64,000 bases of DNA, taken from assembly GCA_963705255.1 (NCBI GenBank), contig OY970061.1, positions 768,001 through 832,000 of the forward strand. The letters are read 5' to 3'. A program made the position numbers and the translations under genes. The notes beneath the pieces are model-generated. The model did no database searches and was not told the origin of the DNA. It saw only the letters and a list, made by a program, of their open reading frames with translations. Shown here in pieces: positions 30,733 to 42,523 of this stretch (position 1 is its first letter; each line of letters opens with the position of its first letter). Source of the DNA: an uncultured Methanoregulaceae archaeon. Its GTDB lineage: Archaea > Halobacteriota > Methanomicrobia > Methanomicrobiales > Methanospirillaceae.

Positions 30733-31231
30733 TCACGCCAGCGGATGGGAGACGGACGGGAAACTGATCTGGCCGTTATAGGTTGCCTGGTAACCGTCAG
30801 GGAACGTTATGGTCGTCACGTCGGGCGAGAGGTCAACCGAGATGAGCGAGGCCCACCAGGACCGTCTGATCGCATTCTGGGCGTCGGCCAACGAGAATGC
30901 CGGTGTCGTTATGATCTCGGTCCCGTTGGACTGGCTGATCGTAGCAAAGGAAGGGATGATCACTTCGGCAGAGGGAGTTGTCCGCCCTGACAACCGTAAC
31001 CTGCCGGTTCAGGTTGTTGTCAAGGGCATTCGCGAGTTCCGCGGAGGGGTTGGCAATATTGAAAAATATCGCAGCCTGTTCCGTGAACGAGAGATCATAC
31101 TGGAAATCCACCTGTGCATTGCCGTTCGTATCAAGGCTGATGGTGAGCGCTTTTGCCGTGAATGCCTGTGCGGGCATCACCGCACATGCAAGGAGGCAGA
31201 TGCATCCGATAAGAAGGTACGCAGACTTCAT
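30733..31231 (-). CDS. Secreted hypothetical protein (frameshift near 30980)
   Basis: Signal peptide ending PAQA/F; continues in ORF 30733..30993 (DLSPDVTTITFPDGY). Confidence 0.7.
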
Positions 31232-31236
31232 ATGTC

Positions 31237-31267
31237 AAGTGTATATTACATTTTGTAATATATACTT
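31237..31267. promoter_or_regulatory. Palindromic putative operator (14-bp arms, 1 mismatch)
   Basis: AAGTGTATATTACA-TTT-TGTAATATATACTT, 5 nt upstream of the ATG at 31231. Confidence 0.6.
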
Positions 31268-31520
31268 TATGTGTACTTCCCAAATCCGCACACGTATCGT
31301 ATATAAACCACGAGGCAGGGGACAGAGCAGCCGCCACGAGGTTGCGGAGAACCTGCCTCCCCTGCGACGAGACCGGCGTGCCGTCAACCTCCGTTCCGCT
31401 GATCGTAATTCATGCCGGCCCCCCCCCAATGCCGGTGCCGCCCCCTCTGTCGGATTACCTGACCGGAAAGAGCGGGCTTTTGTTCCTTGTGAAAAATGAA
31501 CGGGGGCTGGTCAGGGAGTA

Positions 31521-34046
31521 CTAGAGCGATGGGTTTTTCTCCTCACCGGTGATCCGGTACGCACCCTTCGGAACCGTCATCTCAAACCGTGCACCTGTGC
31601 CCGGTTCACCGGTCTCTTTGATCGTGATACCGGTGATGTCAAGGATCTCCCGGGAGATGGCCAGGCCGAAACCGGTGTTCTTCCCGAACCCCCGCTCGAA
31701 TATCCTCTCTTTCTCCTCACGGACGACACCGTCGCCATCGTCTTCGCAGACAATGATCCCGTCACCATTCCGTTCCTCGAGAGCGAACCGGATTGCCGTG
31801 ATCCTGCCCCCGTGCCGGAGAGCATTGTCTATCAGGTTGAAGAAGACCTTGACTATCAGCGGGTCGGCGAACACTTCGGTGCCGGCAGGGAGATCGTTTT
31901 TGAGCGCGACCTGTCCGGGCATGACCCCCGTTCCCGCACTCTCCACAAGGGCCCGGAGATCCTGCCAGACAGCAGCGCGTACCCCGATCTCCTCGTATTC
32001 CTTGGTGAACCGGATCATGGCGGTGATCTGGCTGCTTGCCTCCATGATCCGGGAGAAATAGCCTTTCACCGCGGGATCGGGGACGTTCATGCGCAGCAGT
32101 TCGACAAACCCGTTCAGTGCCACGAGCTGGTTGTTGATGTCGTGGCGGGTGATACCGTAGAGGAGGTTGAGATTTTTGTTTGCCCGCAGGATCGCCTCCT
32201 CCATGCGTTTCCGGGAGCTGATATCCTTCATCGAGATGAGTATGGCGGGAGAATTCTGGAAGGTGATCCGTTTCCCGATGGACTCGATCCAGATCCGCCG
32301 CCCGGTGGCAGTTATGGCCTGGTAATCCACGGGATAACTGTCGATCCCCTGCGCAACCAGGCTGAAGTCATGGAGGACCTGGGACCGTGATTCGGGAGCG
32401 ATGAACCCCATGACGTTCTTCGTACCGAGCCGGTAGGATTCATCCCCTATATCGAAAATGTTCGCCAATGCCCGGTTCCGGAAGAGGACCACCCCGGTCA
32501 AGGCAACAATCAGGATGCCATCCAGCGAATTCTCGACGACCATCCGGAATTTCTCCTCGCTCTCCCGGAGCGCACGCTCGATCTGGGTACGCTCGATCTC
32601 CGCGGCGGCTTTCACGGCAATGATATCCATGATCTCCTGGAGAGACGGGAACGACTGGATCGGGCTCCGGGAAAGCGCAGAGAGGATCCCGAAGACCTGC
32701 CCGGCGGAATTCCGGAGGGGCGTCCCTATGTATCCACGGATGTTGAGCCGGGCAAGGTCCCTGCTCTCCGGGAAGAGCCGGGTGACATCGTCGGGATACA
32801 GGCAGAACCCCTTCTCCGCGACGTTCCCGGAGGGTGTTCCTGTGAGGGAATAGGAGAAATCAGGGATCTCCTTCCCGTCGAGGAGCATGGACAGGACCTT
32901 CACCGTGCGGTTGTCGGGCTGGATCTCCCCCACCATGACGCAGTCGGCTCCCAGCCAGGAGCTGACATTTTCCGTGATCTTCTGGAGGGAATTGAGCCCG
33001 GTTGTTCCTACCATGCTCCTGACCAGGGCCTGGTATGCAGACTCCATGGCCCTGCGTTCGGTGATATCCTCGACATTCGAGAGGACGTAGGGTTTTCCTC
33101 CCATCAGGATGAGACCGGATGAGAACAGGCAGGTCCGGATCTCCCCGCTTTTCACCCGGCACTTCACTTCCAGGCCGTACACAGACGGGCGGTCCCGGAG
33201 AGCGGAGGCCATCTTCCCGCGTTCGCTCCCGTCGGCAAAGATCCCCAGGGCTTCTGACGTCCTGCCTATCACCTCGTCGCGGGAATACCCGGTGCTTTTC
33301 AGAAAGGCGTCGTTGACATCGACGAACGTCCCCTCCGGTATGGATACGAGGGTGAGCGAGACAGGGCTGCTCCGGAAGACGGTGGCAAATTTGTTCTCTG
33401 ATTCGCGCAATACCGTCTCCGCACGCTTCCGTTCGGTGATGTCCAGCACCGTGAAGGTGACACCAAAGGAGAGATCCGAAGGATCGACCGGGGTCGAGGA
33501 GATGAGGACGTCAATGATCATCCCGTCTTTCCTCTGCCACCGGGTCTCGACCTCCCCGGACCCTTTCTGCACGATCCGGGCCCGGCTCTCCAGGCCGACA
33601 AAGTCATAGTCATCCTGCGCCGGGTACAGGATACGGGTGGATCTGCCGGTGAGTTCTTCGGCAGTGTACCCGGAGATGCGGCAGAGCTGGTCGTTGACGG
33701 TCCGGATGATACGATTGGATTCGACACCGATGCCGATGGGGGCGACACGGATGATGCTGCCGAGGCGCGATTCGCTCTCCCGCAGCTCTTTTTCGACGGA
33801 ACGGCGCCGCTCCATCTCCGAGAGTGCCTGGACATTCTTGACATAGTAGGAGTTGAGGGGGAAGTAGGCGATGACCACGGCCAGCCCGCTCACGAAGAGG
33901 CTGGTAATCAGGTTCGAGCGCCAGTCGGGAGGAAACGGATAGAGGAACTGTGCGGCGAATTCGAAGGCCGTCATCGACGCAAACGTCACGATGAAGACAA
34001 GGAAGAGCTTCTGATCAACCGGTGTCGGTTCGGTCTTCCCGTCCAT
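31521..34046 (-). CDS. Membrane PAS-PAS-GAF-PAS sensor histidine kinase
   Basis: Two N-terminal TM helices, PAS/PAC repeats, H-box TRHDINNQL, NLIDNA, DDGDG, GFGL. Confidence 0.94.
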   Translation of the reverse strand: MDGKTEPTPVDQKLFLVFIVTFASMTAFEFAAQFLYPFPPDWRSNLITSLFVSGLAVVIAYFPLNSYYVKNVQALSEMERRRSVEKELRESESRLGSIIRVAPIGIGVESNRIIRTVNDQLCRISGYTAEELTGRSTRILYPAQDDYDFVGLESRARIVQKGSGEVETRWQRKDGMIIDVLISSTPVDPSDLSFGVTFTVLDITERKRAETVLRESENKFATVFRSSPVSLTLVSIPEGTFVDVNDAFLKSTGYSRDEVIGRTSEALGIFADGSERGKMASALRDRPSVYGLEVKCRVKSGEIRTCLFSSGLILMGGKPYVLSNVEDITERRAMESAYQALVRSMVGTTGLNSLQKITENVSSWLGADCVMVGEIQPDNRTVKVLSMLLDGKEIPDFSYSLTGTPSGNVAEKGFCLYPDDVTRLFPESRDLARLNIRGYIGTPLRNSAGQVFGILSALSRSPIQSFPSLQEIMDIIAVKAAAEIERTQIERALRESEEKFRMVVENSLDGILIVALTGVVLFRNRALANIFDIGDESYRLGTKNVMGFIAPESRSQVLHDFSLVAQGIDSYPVDYQAITATGRRIWIESIGKRITFQNSPAILISMKDISSRKRMEEAILRANKNLNLLYGITRHDINNQLVALNGFVELLRMNVPDPAVKGYFSRIMEASSQITAMIRFTKEYEEIGVRAAVWQDLRALVESAGTGVMPGQVALKNDLPAGTEVFADPLIVKVFFNLIDNALRHGGRITAIRFALEERNGDGIIVCEDDGDGVVREEKERIFERGFGKNTGFGLAISREILDITGITIKETGEPGTGARFEMTVPKGAYRITGEEKNPSL

Positions 34047-34117
34047 TGTGAGAGATAGAATAGTTCAACCGATAAAGACTTTGATTTGGCCCCGTTACGG
34101 GAAAAATCCATAATTCT

Positions 34118-36392
34118 TTAAAGGATTGCGGGAACCGTGCCGGGTTTTCCCCATCCCGGTCCCGGCAGGGTCATTCTGCAGCGACCCCCCGGCATTTCAT
34201 GGGATATAACCCGGGAGAGGAAGGGATCTCTGCCCGTCTGCGGAGGGGAAGGATCCCCCGGGTACTGACACTCCCCCCGCATTGATGTACCCGACGGAAA
34301 AGGGGCCCCGGTCAAACCGACAAAAAACGGGCTGGTCAGGAGGTACCTGAGCGATGGGGTTTTCCCCTCACCGGCGAGCCTGTACGCACCCTTCGGTACT
34401 CTGATCTCGAACCGCGCCCCCCTCCCCGGCTCCCCGGTCTCCCGGATCGTGATACCGGTGATGTCGAGGATCTCCCGGGAGATGGCCAGACCGAAACCGG
34501 TGTTCTTGCCAAACCCCCGCTCGAATATCCTCTCTTTCTCCCCCCGGGCGACACCGTCGCCATCGTCTTCGCAGATAATGATCCGGTCCCCGTTGCGTGC
34601 CTCGAAGGCAAACCGGATCGTCGTGATCCTGCCCCCGTGCCGCAGGGCATTATCTATCAGGTTGAAGAAGACCTTGACGATCAGCGGATCGGCAAATACT
34701 TCCATGCCCGGCAGGGAGATCGTTTTTGAGCTCGACCTGCCCGAGAACGGCACCCGTTCCCGCACTGTCCACGAGGGCCCGGAGATCCTGCCAGACAGCA
34801 GCACGTACGCCTATCTCCTCGTAATCCTTGGTGAACCGGATCATGGCAGCGATCTGGCTGCTTGCTTCCGTGATACGGGAGAAATAGTTTTCAAACGAGG
34901 GATCGGGCATTTTCATATGCAACAGCCCGACAAACCCGTTCAGTGCCTGGAGCTGGTTGTTGATGTCATGGCGGGTGATACCGTAGAGGAGGTTAAGGTT
35001 TTTGTTGGCCTGCCGGAGCGCCTCTTCCGCCCGTTTGCGCTCAGTGATGTCGGTAAGGACGGTCAATGTAGCCGGTTTTTCCCGGCCACGAAGCGGCGTA
35101 GCCCGTGTCACGACCCACCGCCGTTCCCCGGAAGGTGCAAGGATCTCGATGTCATACGGTTCAACCGCGGCTCCCGTATGCCGGAGCCCGATGTTCTTCT
35201 TGATCAGGTTGTGATATTCAGGGGCTGCATAGGACAGTACTGACGTGCCGATGATCTGTCCGGGAGTTTTTCCCATCAGGCGCGCCCCCTCTGCATTGAC
35301 AAAGACGATGGTCTCCCCTTCATGAATGATGACATAATCGGGAAGCTCCCCTTCAAGCTGCCGGAAGATACCCTCGCTCTTCTCGAGCGCCTGGTACGTC
35401 TTTTTCAGTTCCGTGATATCCCGGATGGATATCACGCTCTTTCCCGTACCGGGAATCATCGCAGCAGCCAGGATGGCGTTCCGTACCTCCCCGTTTTTAT
35501 GGACAAACCTGAACTCGTAACTCTTTGGCACCGAACCAGGATCGGTCCTGCGGAGGCGGTGGTATTCCACCATCTTCTTCAGGTCCTCTTCTGCAACCAG
35601 GTTCGGCCATTTCACCCGCCCCTCGACCTCTTTCCGTGAATATCCCAGTATCTTTTCCATCTCTTCATTGGCATGCGATATGGTGGTATCCTCTTCAAGG
35701 ATGGCCATCGCGGTTCCCGTATTTTCAAAGACCGTCCGGTACAGGCTCTCGGATTCCTGCAATATCGCTTCCGCCCGTTTCTTCTCGGTGATGTCCAGCG
35801 CAGTGAAGGTAACGCCAAGGGACAGGTCTGATGGATCGACAGGAGTCGAGGAGAGGAGGACGTCAATGATCGTCCCGTCTTTCTTCTGCCAGCGGGTCCC
35901 GACCTCAGCGGACCCTTTCCGTGCGATCTGGACACGGTTCTCCCTGCCGGCAGAGTCATAGTCCTCCTGCGACGGGTAGAGGAACCGGACGGATCTCCCG
36001 GTGAGTTCTTCCGCAGGGTACCCGGTTATATGGCAGAGCTGGTCGTTGGCCGCCCGGATGACCTGGTCGGAGACGACACCGATACCCACGGGGGCAACCC
36101 GTATGATGCTGCCGAGGCGTGATTCGCTCTCCCGTAACTCTTTTTCCACGGAATGGCGTCTCTCAATCTCCGAGAGTAACTGGACATTCTTGACATAGTT
36201 GGAGTTGAGAGGAAAGTAGGCGATGATGATGGCAAGCCCGCTCACAAAGAGGCTGAGAACCAGGTCCGAGCGCACGTCGGGAGGAAAAAGAGAGAGAGAA
36301 TGCCCGGCAAATTCGAAGGCCGTCATCGACGCAAACGTCACGATGAAGACAAGGAAGAGCTTCTGGTCAAACGGTGTCGGGCCGGCTTTCAT
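34118..36392 (-). CDS. Membrane multi-PAS sensor histidine kinase, paralogue of 31521..34046 (frameshift near 34710; true end probably near 34345)
   Basis: Same N-terminus and H-box; HATPase domain continues in ORF 34118..34804. Confidence 0.9.
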
Positions 36393-36807
36393 TTCAATGG
36401 TGGATGATTATAAAATTTTAAACGATAAAGACTTCGATATGTCCGTCACCGGAAAAATTCATGATTTTTTTGAAGAAATACACAATTAATTGTTGAATAT
36501 TTTTAATTGTAGTTTTCTTGCGTTCTGTTGCGCGTTGTCGGGCGTTTAAATAGTCAATAGTGATGGGTTACGACGGTATCATTTCCGTTAAGTCCCGTGC
36601 ACGCAACAGCACCCGCAGATGCAACAGAACCGAAAAAAGTAAGGGTTTTATCTTTGTACGAAGCCGGATCCCGCCCCCTTACACCGGTCAATGTTTTTTA
36701 TCCGGATTACTTCCGGATTCACAGCGCAACTTTTTTTAAGGATCTGCCCAATAGCAGATTAACCGGTTATTCGAAAGAATCATTCTTTTGGTCCGGAGGA
36801 TTTTTTT

Positions 36808-37671
36808 ATGAAAACGACACCCCAGTTCATGCTGGTTATCGCGGTCGCCTTTTGTCTCATTGCTGCGGCTGGATGCACGGGTTCCTCCGGCACCAGTCAG
36901 CCCGCAGGTACGGCATCCCAGCATTATCCAACCGTACCGTTCAATACGACACCTGTCAGGTACGCCCAGGTCAACGGGGTCACGCTCGGGTACCGTGAGT
37001 TCGGATCCGGTGAACCCCTCCTGATGCTCGAGGGGTTCGGCGCAACCATCGATACCGCGTGGAACGAGACCTTCATCGGGATCCTTGCCTCGAAGTACCA
37101 TGTCTATACCTATGACCACCGGGGGATGGGGTACAGCAGCGACAATAATGCCACGCCATCCATCTCACAATACAGCGACGACGCCGCTGCGCTCATGACC
37201 GCACTGGGCTATGACAGCATGCATGTGTACGGGGAATCCATGGGGTCTACCGTCGCCCAGCAGCTGGTCATCGATCATCCTGAACGTGTACGAAAACTGG
37301 TCCTGGATTCCGTGACCTACAGCATCCGGATTCCCGAGACAAAACTGCTGCTCGGTGTCATCGAAGTGTCCGGGGTCGACCCGAACCAGACGGAAGGCGT
37401 CCGCCGGGAGTCGCAGGCAAACCTCGCGTGGAACGGATCCTGGGCCGGTCTCTCCGGGATCAACAAGGATGTCATGCTCGTCGTCGGCACCAGCGACGTC
37501 CTGACGCCGCAGGCGGTTACCGTCCAGATGGCAGGACAGATTAACGGCTCGCGGCTCGTGCGGTTCAAGGATCTCCCGCACATAGGGTCGAAATACGCCC
37601 CGGTCGAATACGGGGAGAATGCCCTCTCATTCCTCGGCACGAATGAGTCTCCGCCGTACGCCACGGTATAA
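36808..37671 (+). CDS. Alpha/beta hydrolase lipoprotein
   Basis: Lipobox AAAGC, D.RG.G.S, nucleophile GESMG, GTSD, C-terminal His. Confidence 0.9.
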   Translation: MKTTPQFMLVIAVAFCLIAAAGCTGSSGTSQPAGTASQHYPTVPFNTTPVRYAQVNGVTLGYREFGSGEPLLMLEGFGATIDTAWNETFIGILASKYHVYTYDHRGMGYSSDNNATPSISQYSDDAAALMTALGYDSMHVYGESMGSTVAQQLVIDHPERVRKLVLDSVTYSIRIPETKLLLGVIEVSGVDPNQTEGVRRESQANLAWNGSWAGLSGINKDVMLVVGTSDVLTPQAVTVQMAGQINGSRLVRFKDLPHIGSKYAPVEYGENALSFLGTNESPPYATV

Positions 37672-38347
37672 TTTTTTTTGATGGTGACACCCTGACCGAT
37701 GCCTGCCGGGATGTTCCGGATCGATACTGATCGATCGGGATGGACAAAAAACCAGAGTATCCGGAACGTTCGATCCTCGATAGGAATCCCGGGGGCGGGC
37801 CGGTTTTAAAAAACTCCTGGCATGGCGGGGGATTTAAAAAAAATGCTCTGGTGAAATCCGTATTGGCACGGCTTTTAAAATATCTTTGAAAGATGGTGAG
37901 GGTGACCCCCGTTCTCCCCGGGAAGGCGGGAAGCTGGAAGGGAGCATCTCCATGACCCTGAAATCCCGGCCGGGCCTGTTGTGTATTTCTTGAAAAATAT
38001 ACGGAAAACTCCGCGGGACTTTTTTACTATCAGGGATCTGGATAGTGGCGCAAAAGGGAGGGGATCCGCGGCAGCCTCCCGGTTATTTCCGGGAAAGGAG
38101 TTGGATCGATCTGGTACGGGTCCCGGTCCATTTCACGGCCGGATCCTGACCGCGCCGGATATTTTTCCGGCCCGATCCCGTACAGGGCAAAACTCTGTTT
38201 GGGGCGGTCGGGGTTGGGCCGGGAATATTATTTGAGGGGATATACGATAGTGTTTGAGCTCTATGGGCTGACGGAGGAGGTTATTACGATCATGGAGGGA
38301 TGATAAACTCTCTTAAATACCGGAATATAATATTTGTATACGGTAAT

Positions 38348-38566
38348 ATGGATTTCAAAATAGCCATTGAACAGGATGAGGATGGATGGTATATAGTCAC
38401 CGTCCCGGCACTCCCAGGCTGTATCTCCCAGGGAAAGACCGAGGAGGAGGCGAAGAAAAATATTGCCGAAGCCATCGAACTGCATCTCAGCGCACTCGCA
38501 CGCGACGGGATCCCTCTCTATCACCGTCCGGGTACAAAAGAAACCTTTATCGCCGTTGATATATGA
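38348..38566 (+). CDS. hicB: HicB-family antitoxin
   Basis: VPALPGCISQGKTEEEA..NI.EAI.L. Confidence 0.92.
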   Translation: MDFKIAIEQDEDGWYIVTVPALPGCISQGKTEEEAKKNIAEAIELHLSALARDGIPLYHRPGTKETFIAVDI

Positions 38567-38784
38567 CGGACAGACTCCCCATCTTTTCCGGTAAGGAAGT
38601 CGTAAAAGCTCTTGGCAAACTGGGCTATACGGTTAATGATCAGAAAGGAAGTCACCTCCATCTCAGGCATCCGGTCAGGAGACCGCTGACCGTTCCCAAC
38701 CACCCGGAAGTTGCCCGCGGGACATTGCGGATTATCATCAGGGATGCCGATCTTACCGTTGAAAAATTTCTGGAACTTTTATAA
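38563..38784 (+). CDS. hicA: HicA-family toxin
   Basis: KGSH, LTVP.H, GTLR.I; ATGA overlap with hicB. Confidence 0.92.
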   Translation: MTDRLPIFSGKEVVKALGKLGYTVNDQKGSHLHLRHPVRRPLTVPNHPEVARGTLRIIIRDADLTVEKFLELL

Positions 38785-38857
38785 GATCAGGTTCCGGTAA
38801 AAGGGGGGAGATGCTCATCCACCATGAGCAAAGAGGGAGGATCCCCCTCATAAACCC

Positions 38858-39334
38858 TTACACCTTTGCAGGGCCGGACTTGTCGTCCTCGGCAGCGTAG
38901 ATCAGGGGGTTCTGTCTGCTCCGGGCAGACATGCCCTTCCCGGTGCGCCCGTATCCCGCGGATGAGTCGATAGGGCTCCGGTCCCCGTACCGTGGCTCCA
39001 GCTTCATCGTACCGTCGTCCTGCATGATCCTGGCCATTGCGGGCTCTGCCGGGATATCCGGCTGGCGTGCGCCCCTGGGCCGGATCACGGTGATGCCATC
39101 GGAGGAGGCTGTAGACCGACCAGCCAGCACCGGAGATGCGGTGCCTCGCACAACCGGCCCCTGCCTAAGCTCCTGGCGGCGATCTTCCGCGGCCTGCCGG
39201 GACAGCGTCATGGCGACCGCCCTGAAGTCGAGCAGCTCGTCGAGCAATCCCTTGACCAGCGCATCCATCTCCCGTAACCTCTTCTCCAGTGCCGCTATCC
39301 GGTCTTCCGATACACCGGTTCCTGAAATTTCCAT
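38858..39334 (-). CDS. Hypothetical coiled-coil protein
   Basis: ERIAALEKRLREMDALVKGLLDELLD-type coiled coil; IMQDDGT.K.EPR motif. Confidence 0.7.
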   Translation of the reverse strand: MEISGTGVSEDRIAALEKRLREMDALVKGLLDELLDFRAVAMTLSRQAAEDRRQELRQGPVVRGTASPVLAGRSTASSDGITVIRPRGARQPDIPAEPAMARIMQDDGTMKLEPRYGDRSPIDSSAGYGRTGKGMSARSRQNPLIYAAEDDKSGPAKV

Positions 39335-39817
39335 AATCGTAATCAGTTTCTCCTCATGATCGGGTCCGTGCCCGAAAGAAATTATCTCTGCATCTGACCT
39401 GGCATATATAATACTACTGATGATCGCTGACATGTTAAAGTGAGGAGTAGGTTTCCGTCAGGAGCCGGAGATACCTATAACCTGAAATAGCGATGCGGAG
39501 TACATAAATTTGAGGTTGATCATGGCAATGGAATTGAAAAAACAAACGAAAGCGTCAGGAAAACCCGAATCCCCCTGCGGGAGCAGCTGCCCGGATTTTG
39601 TCTCAAAAACCTGCGCCGGTGAAGACAGCGGGTGTGCGCAATACTGGCGTTATTCGCAGGGCCTTACATGATAAAACATCGGACTCATCCGGATTCGACA
39701 GACTGATCAGAACCCGGACAGAGATGCATTTTTTCAATAATCATCCCGGATCCAAAGTCAGTAACCCTATATCAGATTGATACCGATATTCCTGGCAGAA
39801 TCCCGGTGATGGTATAC

Positions 39818-40432
39818 ATGGTAATGAGTCCCTGGCTGCCTGTTTCGCTTTCTTCATCCACCGAAGTGGTCCTGTTTGGTATCGCGTTCTTCGGATGGGC
39901 CGCCAGTGAGATCATCGGGTCGATAATCCTTCCCAGGCTCCGCCATCGCCGGGACGGGATACAACTGGAAAGGAAGGACCAGGGTTCAGGGCTGGCAGTG
40001 AATATCGGTATAATCGCATCAGTTTACATTGCTTTTGGCTTTTCCCTTGTCAGAATTGCCGTACTGCCCGACTGGGTATTTTATCCCGGGATTGCACTCA
40101 TGTTCGGAGGGATCTTCCTCCGGCAGTGGTCCATCGCGATACTCGGCGGATTCTTCTCCGTGCTGGTAAGCGTCCAGGAAGGGCAGACCATAATCCGGAG
40201 AGGGCCATACCGGTTCATCCGCCACCCGTCATACACCGGGACACTCCTGACACTGACCGGGATAGGACTTGCCGTCCAGTCGTGGGGAGCGTTACTCACC
40301 CTGGTGGTAATGTTTGGCATCGTGTACAGGTACCGGATAGGTGTCGAAGAGAAAGCCCTCGTTGAGCAATTCGGGAATGAATATGCTGCGTACATGAATA
40401 CCACAAAAATGCTGATCCCGTTTATTCTCTGA
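39818..40432 (+). CDS. Isoprenylcysteine carboxyl methyltransferase (ICMT/Ste14) family
   Basis: GPYRFIRHPSY, RI..EE..L...FG.EY..Y. Confidence 0.92.
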   Translation: MVMSPWLPVSLSSSTEVVLFGIAFFGWAASEIIGSIILPRLRHRRDGIQLERKDQGSGLAVNIGIIASVYIAFGFSLVRIAVLPDWVFYPGIALMFGGIFLRQWSIAILGGFFSVLVSVQEGQTIIRRGPYRFIRHPSYTGTLLTLTGIGLAVQSWGALLTLVVMFGIVYRYRIGVEEKALVEQFGNEYAAYMNTTKMLIPFIL

Positions 40433-40496
40433 ACGGATCGCGGCTGTCCCTGACGGCACAATCGGAGATCCTGATGATCTCTCAAGAGCCCTTCCC

Positions 40497-41252
40497 TCAT
40501 ATTCTTTCAGGCAGGGTCCTTTTGTGCAGGTACATCGTGCCGGCAGTGAATACCAGCGTCAGGACACCGAGGATAAGGAAGTCGGCAATAACCGGGAAGA
40601 AGTGCTCCCCGGTGAACGAGTAGCGGACAAGATCGGTGAAGTAGGTGAGCGGCGAGCAGTCGGCGAGCGCCAGCCCCCACGACGGCAATTCTTCCAGGGG
40701 AACGAAGATGCCGGAGATGAAGATGAGCGGGAACTTGATGAGGAACGAGAGCATCATGGGGGTCGACGGCTCGTTCGTTGGCGGGACCGAAAGGAGCATC
40801 CCGATTGCAGAGAAACAGCATGCGGCAAGGAGGACGGAGGCGATCATGGCAATCCCGTGGAGAAGGGGAAGACCGAACGCCAGCGCGATGAAAACCGTGA
40901 TGATGGTGATCCCGATACCGAAGAGGGTGGAGGCGATCATATCGCCAAGGACGATCGCCTCGACCGTGATCGGGCAGGAGACGAGCCGTTCAAGCGTGCC
41001 GTGCCGCCCTTCCCAGGAGAAGATGGCGGGGGATATGGCCGTGGCAGTGAAGAGGAGGGTCACCCCGACGAGCCCCGGTAAGAGGAATGCAAGCGGGAGC
41101 TGCCTGCTGCCCATGAAGAAGGCAAGGAAGAGAAAAACCGGCATGAGAACGCCGAAGATGAGCACGGAGTTCTTGGCGTAATAGAGGCGGATGTCCTTCT
41201 TCGCAATCGCCCAGGCCCGCCGCAGCTGTTCGGGAAGTGCTGCCGGGTTCAT
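40497..41252 (-). CDS. ABC-2 type transporter permease
   Basis: GTLERL...P, SGIF.P...LP.W....SPLTY; own ATG (MNPAAL) after GGAGG. Confidence 0.88.
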   Translation of the reverse strand: MNPAALPEQLRRAWAIAKKDIRLYYAKNSVLIFGVLMPVFLFLAFFMGSRQLPLAFLLPGLVGVTLLFTATAISPAIFSWEGRHGTLERLVSCPITVEAIVLGDMIASTLFGIGITIITVFIALAFGLPLLHGIAMIASVLLAACCFSAIGMLLSVPPTNEPSTPMMLSFLIKFPLIFISGIFVPLEELPSWGLALADCSPLTYFTDLVRYSFTGEHFFPVIADFLILGVLTLVFTAGTMYLHKRTLPERI

Positions 41253-42176
41253 GGAGATGCCTCCCGGGTCGAGCCGGAGAAAGGCATCGTCGAGCGAGGG
41301 GGCGAGCGTGTTCAGCGTGACGATCGCCGCATGGTTTTGCCGGCTGAAGTCCGCGAGGGAGAGGATGACGGTATCCTTCTTTTCTGCGGTGAGCTGCCAT
41401 TTGTCCCCGGTCCTTGTCACCCCGGTCACCCCCGGGAGTGCAGCAAGGGCCTCACGGCCCACCTCGCGGTCAAAACTCACTTCGATCCGGTGCACGCTCT
41501 CGATCGCCGTTTTCAGTTTTTCGGGCGCATCGACCGCGATCAGCCTCCCGCCCCGGATGATGGCGACCCGGTTACAGAGCCGGTTCGCCTCCTCCATGTT
41601 ATGCGTGGTGAGAAAGATGGTGGTCCCGTCCCGGTTCATCTCCCGCAGCATGGCGAGGATCATCCGGGTGCTCTGGACATCGAGACCGCTCGTGGGTTCG
41701 TCCAGGAAGAGGAGCTCTGGTTCATGGAGCAGCGCCATGGCGAGGATGAGCCGCTGCTTCATTCCCTTGGAATAGGCATAGATCTTCTGGTCTTTTCGCT
41801 CGAGGAGACCGAGCGTAGCGAGCAGATCGGATGCCCGCCGTGAGGCCCGGGCACCCGGAAGCCCGTACAGCTCCCCGATCAGCATCAGGTTCTGCCATGC
41901 GGTGAGATCGACATATGCATTGGATGTCTCCGGGACCACGCCGAATCCCTGTTTCGCCTGGAGCGCAGCGGTCCGGATATCGTGCCCGAGTACGGTAACG
42001 CTCCCGCCGTCGGGTGGAATGATACCGGTGAGAATCCGCGTGGTAGTGGTCTTTCCCGCGCCGTTCGGGCCGAGGAACCCGAAGATCTCCCCTTCCCGGA
42101 CTGCGAGGCTCACGTCGTCGACCGCGGTCACCTGCCCGAAGCATTTTCGTATATGGCGGGCTTCGATTGCGTTCAT
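41249..42176 (-). CDS. ABC transporter ATP-binding protein (DrrA-like); in frame with the permease in this sequence
   Basis: GPNGAGKTT, YSKGMKQR, LFLDEPTSGLD, TTH. Confidence 0.92.
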
Positions 42177-42289
42177 GAGGTAACGGTCTCTTTGCTGTAC
42201 TGTCCTGTATTTCCTGTTCCTGTAATAGTTTTCCGTGTTGTTCTCCCGGGAAGCCGAACTTCGAGTTCATGAAGCCTGACAGGGCTGGA

Positions 42290-42440
42290 TGAGAAGAAGA
42301 CGAAGTCTTCGAGTTCTGAGGAACTGTCACAGGTCGAAGAAACCTGATGGTTTCTTCTCCTCCTCCAGTTCTGATGCTTGTCAGAAGTCGAAGAAACCTG
42401 ATGGTTTCTTCTCCTCCTTCGGGTCTGGCGACCCTCAGGA
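42290..42440. repeat. Mosaic hairpin array (REP/BIME-like), cluster B
   Basis: gtcgaagaaacctgatggtttcttctcctcct twice; TCCT-TC-GGGTC-TGGC-GACCC-TC-AGGA. Confidence 0.85.
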
Positions 42441-42523
42441 TTAACAAACTATTTGACAGGAAGAAGCGTTATTACGAATATCGGACAGGATTCCGAACAC
42501 GAACGTAGAGGGAAACCGCCATC

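Noticed and set aside
40497-42176. Novel fused ABC ATPase-permease (559 aa)
   Set aside because: The permease has its own GGAGG plus ATG within a typical ATGA overlap context. Given the indel rate, the fusion is probably an artefact.
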